Assembly (NCBI GenBank): GCA_965644315.1
Contig: CBFFRQ010000054.1
Span: forward strand, 248,001 to 312,000
DNA length: 64,000 nucleotides
Reading direction: 5' to 3'
Source: Caecitellus pseudoparvulus
Lineage: Eukaryota; Protista; Bigyra: Bicosoecida
Both the position numbers and the translations under genes were made by a program. Below, in pieces: positions 57,153 to 64,000 of this stretch (position 1 is the stretch's first letter; each line of letters starts with the position of its first letter). The notes under the pieces are model-generated. The model was given only the letters and a program-made list of their open reading frames with translations. It was not told the DNA's origin and searched no databases.

Positions 57153-58122
57153 CGTGCGGTGTAGGCGTTGTGCGGATTTTGCTAGTCACCACTTCCCCTT
57201 GCGTTCAAGGGAACGCTGTACCTCTCTCGAAGCCCAGCGAACTTGATGCAATGGGGCGTGCGGGGAGCAGTTTTACGAGAGCCCGCAGTGTGACGCGGGT
57301 CCAGCGGCTGCTCAAAGATTGTAAGGGAAAGGCGTGAGTGCTTGCGAGTGCCCTTCGCTCGGTACTGAAGTTCCGCACGGAAGAGGCCACACTCCCCCTA
57401 CTCGGCTTTGGTACTCTTGAGCGCATCAAGAGCTCATCACACCGACTTCATCTGCTTGTTGTGCTGGATAACACTGGACGTGTCGCGCCTTGCTCCAGCT
57501 TGCCTGATTCCGCCCCCAAGCCCCTTGTCAGCTGATCGTGCGCACTGCACCGCACTTCACTCCACATCTCTCACCCAAACCATTTAGAGGCCAACGGCGC
57601 GAGACTGCGTCGTTTCGGGACAATTTCTGGGGGCTCTCATTCTGACGACTGCTGCCTTGGTCCACGTTGGCGACGTTCCCCGTTCAAGAGCTTGACGGAG
57701 GCACCCAAACGCCGCGACAGCAAAGCAGGCCGACAAGCGCATTCAACACACAGGAATATAATTCTTGCTCGTGGGACAACTACGTAGGGAACTGCAGTGG
57801 CATAGAGGCCAGCGATGGAAGCAGACACACCGCGAACTGAAGCTGCGCTACGCTATTGACCACCCAAGCTGGCCGAGAGTCGCCGAGCTCAGTACATTCA
57901 AACCCCCCAAAAGGAAAAGGCAACCACCAAATGATACGGGTGGTGCGGAAGTTGTTCTGGTCCGCCTCGTCGCGTGGCTTCTGGCCGGCAACACCGACAT
58001 GCGATCGCGACTGGGCAAGCCAGGTCTTCAACAAAGGCGGATGACCCACCCAGCTCCAAAGCAAGCAGCCAATCATCAGCACGCCCCAACCACTACGAGG
58101 CCGCCCACGCTTTCGTGGAGCG

Positions 58123-60107
58123 CTACGCCGCCTCTTGCTCGCGAGATAAGATGCCGCGGATGGCTTCAATCTTGGCTTCAACTGCTTCGCGATGCGCACT
58201 TTGACTGCGCAAGAAAGCCTTCACCGAGCACACTGCAGATGCAAGCGCAATGGTGCCAAGCAACACGTACATGGGTGCAAACGCCTCGTGCCACAGCCCA
58301 CTGTCCAGGTTGGACGGCATGGAGACGACCGTCAGTGACGTGGCGAAGGCTATGGAGCAGAAGTGGAAATACACCATTGGCCACCGAGTCCCGGGCACAG
58401 CGTACATCCACGGGGTCGAAAACAGCCCCACGCCAGCAGCGACCCACAAGCCAGAGAGGCCGACCGCTGGCGAGCCGACTCCCTCTCCCTGATTCTGGAA
58501 CACACTGCCGCCTACAACAGCAGAAAGACACACACCCCCACCCTGAGTGAACAGCGTACACGCTCCACACTCCCCTGGTAAGTCGAATCGGAACTGCGGG
58601 TCGTCTGTCATGCCACCCAGCATGACTGCCAGCATCCAGCAGCCCACGCCCACCATGATACAGGCAAGGATCGCAAACCACGTGGGGGCGGACACGGCCG
58701 GCTCCGGAGGACCTGCCAATGATGTCAACTTGACCTCCCACAAGCTGGGGAACACTGCGAGGCAGGCCCACCCGGCCACGTAGAAGCCAAGGGTCAGCGT
58801 TGCCAAGTGACACGGGTTGGTGTCTGGATCCCTGCAGCAGCCCTCTGGCATGCCACCCCGCTGGTCCGCGGGAGAGTTGAGGATGTACGCGTTGTCAAAG
58901 AGGCCCTTGGAGAAGTAGCCCCAAGGATGGTGTACCTCCTGGTCTGCGAAGCCGTGGCAAGCCCCCGGCATGGCCTCGTCAGGTCGCTGGGCACGGCCGA
59001 CCAATGCCACCCCCAGCACCAACACATGGGAGGCGGCGATGGCGACGACAGTTAGGTACAGGGGCAGGAATACATCAGAATAGGAGAGAAAAGAAGGACC
59101 TGGCTGCAGCATGGCGCTGCCACCGTCTGCACCTGTGCCTGACGTTGCGTTGAACTGCGCCGCGGCGTGGCGGTAGGCAGGCAGTTTGTTCCACTTCTCG
59201 GCGAGGAGAACCAAGAACCACAGCATCAGGCAAGCAGGGGCTAGCCCTCCAAGCCACCAATGGAATGCTGTCACGAGGCCACGCAAGAGCGGCATGCTTT
59301 GCAGCGTTCCGACCGCCGCGTGGTAGTCTGCCTGAGCACCTGTTCGGCGCGCTATCAGGGCCGCTCGTGACGCCGCCCGCTGCTGGTACTGCCGGCGCCA
59401 GTGCCCAGGAGGGTACCACGCTGCTTCGCTGCCGCCTAGACCATGCCGAATGGAGCCGCCTTGTCGCAGCGACCTGTTCCGGGCCCGCGCCTCTTGCACA
59501 GCTTTGTCGCTGTTGGAGCGGCGCAGGGGAGACGGCACACTGCTGCCGCTGGCCTGCCCCCCCCTCCCAGCACCTGGCTGCAAGAGCCTCCCACTCTCTG
59601 TCCTGTCTGGGCCCTCAGTGGGAGCCCCCCGGAAAAGGCGCCGGAGACTCGAGCCAATGCCTGTTTTCAGCCCAATCCCCGCCCTGGCCGTTCCCCGCTG
59701 CGCGGGGCCTACACCCGGCAGCGAGTGAGACGAGGAGCTGGATCGATGCAGCTCGCTGTGGCGGGCCGTGGGCATGTGGAAGTCTGCAAGGAATCGCCGC
59801 TTCCAGAATGCGTTCTCTCCCAGTTCGGCGTGCAGGGTGCGGCAGGTGGTGCCCAGTGCGAGGACTTGAGGCACGCGCAGCAAGTCGACAACCCCCTGTA
59901 GGGCATCTGCAAACAAACGCGTAGATGGGGTGTGGTGAGCGTGCCGTGCCCAGCGTGCCCGGCAGTGCGGTCGCAGAGGCTGCTGCCGTTTCAGCACGCA
60001 CCAGGGGGCAAATCCAGGAAACTTCGCTGTGAAACTGGGGGCAGAGGGGATCCAACAGCCAACTGCACGTAATTCGCATCTGCAGTGCCATGGCTTTCAA
60101 AGGCCAT
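58123..60107 (-). CDS. F-box protein with multi-pass transmembrane C-terminus (intron 59907-60001)
   Basis: Spliced FLDLPPDALQGVVDLLRVPQVLALGTTCRTL...FWKRRFLADF, followed by several hydrophobic segments. Confidence 0.72.
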
Positions 60108-60334
60108 GGCTGCACTCGTCTTCGTCGACGCTTCAGCGACGCGGGCACACCCTCAAGTCGCTGCTGGGAAGTGCGGAAATCGAACTTGCCGAGCTGGCGA
60201 AGTGCGCCTCAGACCGCCCTGTGCGCTGGCAGCAAGGCCTGTAGGCCGGCAAAGTATTGTTTGCCTACGCAAAAGTGCGTTGATTGTAAATTTGGGGCAA
60301 TGGCAGGCTTGACTGGCGGCGCGTGCAGTCCAAC

Positions 60335-62325
60335 CTACAGGAGGCCTTGCCGAGCCAGATCCTCGTACGTTTTGCGATTCATGACGTTGCCGACGGAGTC
60401 TTCAAACTCCTCGTCAGCCGCAGCGTTCCACTCGGTCTCCTTCATCTCGGCCTGCACGCGGGCCCACAGCGCCTGCACATCTGCGATCTTGCTCAGTCCG
60501 TGAAAGTGAGCTGAGTTCGGGATGCCCAGCCTTCGCATGCCTTCGGCGTGCGTGCGCTGGGAAAAGTGCTGCTGGAAGACCTTGGGCCCATGGTACGTCG
60601 TGCCGCCGCACACCTCGCAGGGAAATGCAAAACGCAGCCCGTGCAGCTTGTACAGCCAGTAGGGGATGGGCTTGCCGTCCCAGTCCAGGGGCACTTTTTT
60701 TGGGTTGTAAATGGGCGCCTCCTCCTCAGAGTCACTGTCGTCCAGCAACGCAGCCTGTGCCATGGCACGGGCCTCGGCACCCCCCGCATGCCCCTCTGCC
60801 TCCGCCTCCGCATCCGCCCGCAGCTCATCCAGGGTGCGGGTCTGCTTGCGCTGCACCCTGGCGAGGGTTGCGGAAATTGAATCGGACAGCACCTCCGCCA
60901 TGCCCCGCACTACTGCCTCATGCCAGCGCGTGGACGCCTCACCAGCAGGAAATCGATGTTCGTGGGGGATGTCCAGCGTGTCAGAGACGAAGTCCAGGGC
61001 TGCCCCTGCGTCAGCGGCGTCCCCGTGAGTCACCTGCGCTGCCTCCCCATCCGCGCCCTCGCCCCCCTCCTCCTCGTCCCCACTGCCAGCGGCCCTCTCT
61101 TGCGCCGCTGCTGCAGCCGCCTGCACTGCTTCGAAGTTCTTCCCCCTGTGCTTGGCAGGGATATCGGCGGGCGCCAGACCCCGCACGGCTAGCAGCCTCG
61201 CAGCACGCTGGGCGACGCTGCCACCCGCCTTCAACCCGCGCCGGCTGAGCTCCGCCTTCAATGCGTCGCCGCCCAACGCCTCCAGCGCGCCGGCGTCCGT
61301 GTACAGCCCCAGGTCCAGGCCGGGGTCGCTTCCACTGGACGCCGCCGCGGTACCCGCGTCACTTGGCAGTCCCTGCTCAGCTGAGCACGTGTCCGCCAGT
61401 GGCTGCAGAAGATGTGCCACGGAGAGGAGGGGGGCGGCGCGGCGGTGGAAGTCGACGAGGTACGATGCGAGGTCGCGCACATAGGCCTTGTAGTGCCGCG
61501 ACTTGAGCAGTGTGTCTGGGTCCGTCAGGGCGGCGCCCTCCACGCTGGATGCCGCCGTGCGCGTTTCATGGAAGGTGCGGAGAAACGCCACGTAGGGCTG
61601 GGCGGTGGGCGGTGCCTCCACGGTGTTCAGCCAGCGCGTGTGAAACGCCACGAGGTCCAGGCAGCGGCCATGCACCTCCTCGCCTGAGAAGCGCACAGTC
61701 GGCTGCAGAGAGGCCGTGATGGGGTCCTGTGGCGCCGGGGGAAGGGGGGTGGGTGGTGCTTGTGAGCAAGTGTGGTAGCGCTTCAGGCGCGAAACGCACG
61801 GCTGGCGGCGGGTCAGGGTGCCGTTTGTGAAACTCGGTCATGCTGGCAATGGCAGCGTCGAAGGATTCCAGCATGCCGGGACCGGTCATGCTTGCCAGCT
61901 CTTGCCGCCGCAAACTGTGCCGGGGAGGGGGGGGGGATGAGCCTGTGCAGCGCCAGACCAGCCCGGCACTTGACCACGCACCCGTCTGCGTCCCTGTGGG
62001 CCACGAGGATCCGACTGGCTGTCTGCTGTGCAACGACGATCCCTTTTGCCACAACGTGCTCGTTCAAAATGGCATGCTTCTTCTGCACAGGGGCAGGGGG
62101 CAGGCGCAGCGTGCGCGGCAGTGTGGCAAATGTAGCAGCGGAAAATGAACTGCGCACCGTCGCTGGGCGCATGCCAATTGTGCCTGCTATGCCCATCTCC
62201 AGCGCATCCAGGTCTTCGTACAGCTGTCGCATCTGCGTGGTTTCATAGAACGGGGCACAGTGTGTGTGCGCGGCCAGGGCCGGGCCGGCGTCTGCGCTCA
62301 CCGTTTCGAGCGTCGTGCTGGCCAT
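60335..62325 (-). CDS. SF3A3: Splicing factor 3A subunit 3 (Prp9/SF3a60), multi-exon
   Basis: FSGEEVHGRCLDL, SAP-like LEALGGDALKAELSRRGLKAGG, NPKKVPLDWDGKPIPYWLYKLHGL, matrin Zn finger CEVCG...HF...H, C-terminal KTYEDLARQGLL. Confidence 0.95.
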
Positions 62326-62681
62326 GGCTGGTGCTGTGCTCCTGCTTCCCACGCAGCGACACCTGACCGGCGCAGCACCTACAGGTGCCAACACAATGCA
62401 TGCAAACTCGTGAACACTGTGAGTGCCGATCTTTTCATTTTGCCTGCGGCTGGAGCTGTGCTGGCAGTGGGAGTGAGACAGGTATCATCGCAGGACCAGC
62501 GCCGACGGCAGTCGCCCTCAGTGGCCCTAATTCCCCCACACTGCGCCAAGCACGGGAGTGCAACCCTGGCTATAGGTGGTGCGCTGCCCACTCACCCTGG
62601 TCTTCCTTCTTGCCCCCATTTTATCTCGGACCTGCCAGCACCCCCTCCGATTCCTCTGCCTCCGTGCTCTGCTGCGGCACA

Positions 62682-64000
62682 ATGCAGGGCAGCCACGCCA
62701 CGGGAAGCCCCCGCTTCCACGGCGCAGACTTCTACAGGAGCAGTGCTGTTGGTGGGCCTGTGCCATGCCAGCCCGCTCCCATTACTGGGCAGGGGCTGCC
62801 ACGGGCAGCAAGCGCCAGGAGCGCGGATTTTGCAGCTTCCCAGCGGCCTTGCGGGCACCTCTTGCAGCTTCAGCCAGGTGCGTGTTGTTGACGCAGGGTG
62901 CATGGCACGTAGACGTGCTGAAGTTGCTTGCTTTGTACATGTCGACGTGTCCCTGGCGCACTGCCCAGCTGCCGTCGAGGGGCGCTTCGCCTGCCTTCAT
63001 GCCGCATGCGACCACGCAACGCAGATGCCGTGTGCTACTTGACCTCGTTCCAGTCTCTGAAGGACACCAGCGCCTTGCGTAGCACTTGCAAGCAGCTCAA
63101 TCAAGACCTGAACGATAGCATGTTTTGGTCAGAGCGCTTCCGGCAGGACTTCGGGCTGCCGGGCGAGCGTGAGGCGACGTTTCATGGACTTCGCCCGACG
63201 GCCCCCGCGCACTGGCTGGCGGAGGTGGGTGGCCCTGGATCCCGGCGCCTGGCCAGGGCCTCTGCCAGCGCTGAGCAACCACGCTCCTTTGCAGTGGGTG
63301 GGCGCAAGCTGCTGGGACTGTCCCAGCGTCTCGGCACCTCCATGGCACGCATGTTCACACAGCCGGCAGTTATGCCAGAGCAGTCGCCGGCCGGGGGTGG
63401 CGCTGCCGGCACTGCGGGACACCTGCACCGAAGTGCGAGTTTCCACGGCGCCTCGGCGCCGAAAGTGCCCCGCACTGACTCCGCCTCCAGTGCAGCACTG
63501 CAGCCGTCGCGCAGCAGCAGCGCTCGCCCGGGTGCCGCCGCCGTGCACCGCCCTCGCCTCTCCACATCCCTGCGCATCCCCCCCTCGTACTCTGGGCGTG
63601 GTGCAGCGGATGTGGACATGGCCAAGTGGCTGCCACCTGGCTTCTGGCGCCGCAAGTATATGGAGGCCCTCGCCGATGTCCGGCGCGCACGGCAACAGCA
63701 CTCCATGCAGGAGGGTGGCGCCAATGCGGCGGTCGCCAGCGTGCTCCGAGGGGTCCAGCTGCGGTATGCACTGGACTGCTTCCACTGGCTGTGTGGGGCT
63801 GGCATGCCAGCCCTGGCGTTCCTTGCGGCGCTGCTGCTGCTGGGGGAGCGCTGGAACTTCGAAGGGGAATACCCCCTGCGCATCCAATCTCAGTTCAACT
63901 CCAGCACCAACATCACCACCACATTTGTTTCCAACGCAGACCGACCAGTGGAGCCCATCTCGTACTCTGCTGTGTTTGGAACGGCTTACGTGGGTTTTGC
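62682..64000 (+). CDS. Second F-box/multi-TM paralog (3' end runs off window end)
   Basis: Manual splicing gives LLQLQP-DAVCYLTSFQSLKDTSALRSTCKQL...FWSERFRQDF, then WLPPGFWRRKY, FHWLCG, LLLGERWN and SYSAVF, all parallel to the 58123-60107 gene. Confidence 0.7.

Noticed and set aside
57338-58550. Short ORFs between the TmcB-like and F-box genes
   Set aside because: No recognisable motif or convincing splice model. A small gene cannot be excluded.

Overview
Compact, GC-rich eukaryotic (protist) genomic DNA with short GT-AG introns (common donor GTGCGT) and mostly alternating head-to-head / tail-to-tail genes. The alpha-tubulin and HSF/TmcB gene content would fit a stramenopile-like flagellate, but this is unverified. 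About 25 genes can be supported: alpha-tubulin, SF3A3, CENP-S, YbeY, an ABCC transporter, an HSF-domain protein, a CBS-domain protein, three K+-filter channels, several Golgi-type glycosyl- and methyltransferases, a TmcB-like PAS protein, two F-box/multi-TM paralogs and SEL1-repeat genes. The main unexplained feature is a family of three genes (5462, 12125, 41417) with uninterrupted ORFs, built as a fixed 87-aa N-cap, then 24, 28 or 4 near-identical 38-aa (114-bp) atypical ankyrin repeats, then a fixed C-cap. Variation is concentrated at a few positions and appears combinatorially shuffled. Two copies sit in a tandem duplication whose SEL1 and CBS flanks are about 97-98% identical, yet their repeat arrays share no identical repeat unit. 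This looks like a rapidly diversifying, modular recognition system (natural DARPin-like, VLR-like or TALE-like); the function is inference only. No rRNA, tRNA, CRISPR or transposase was recognised.
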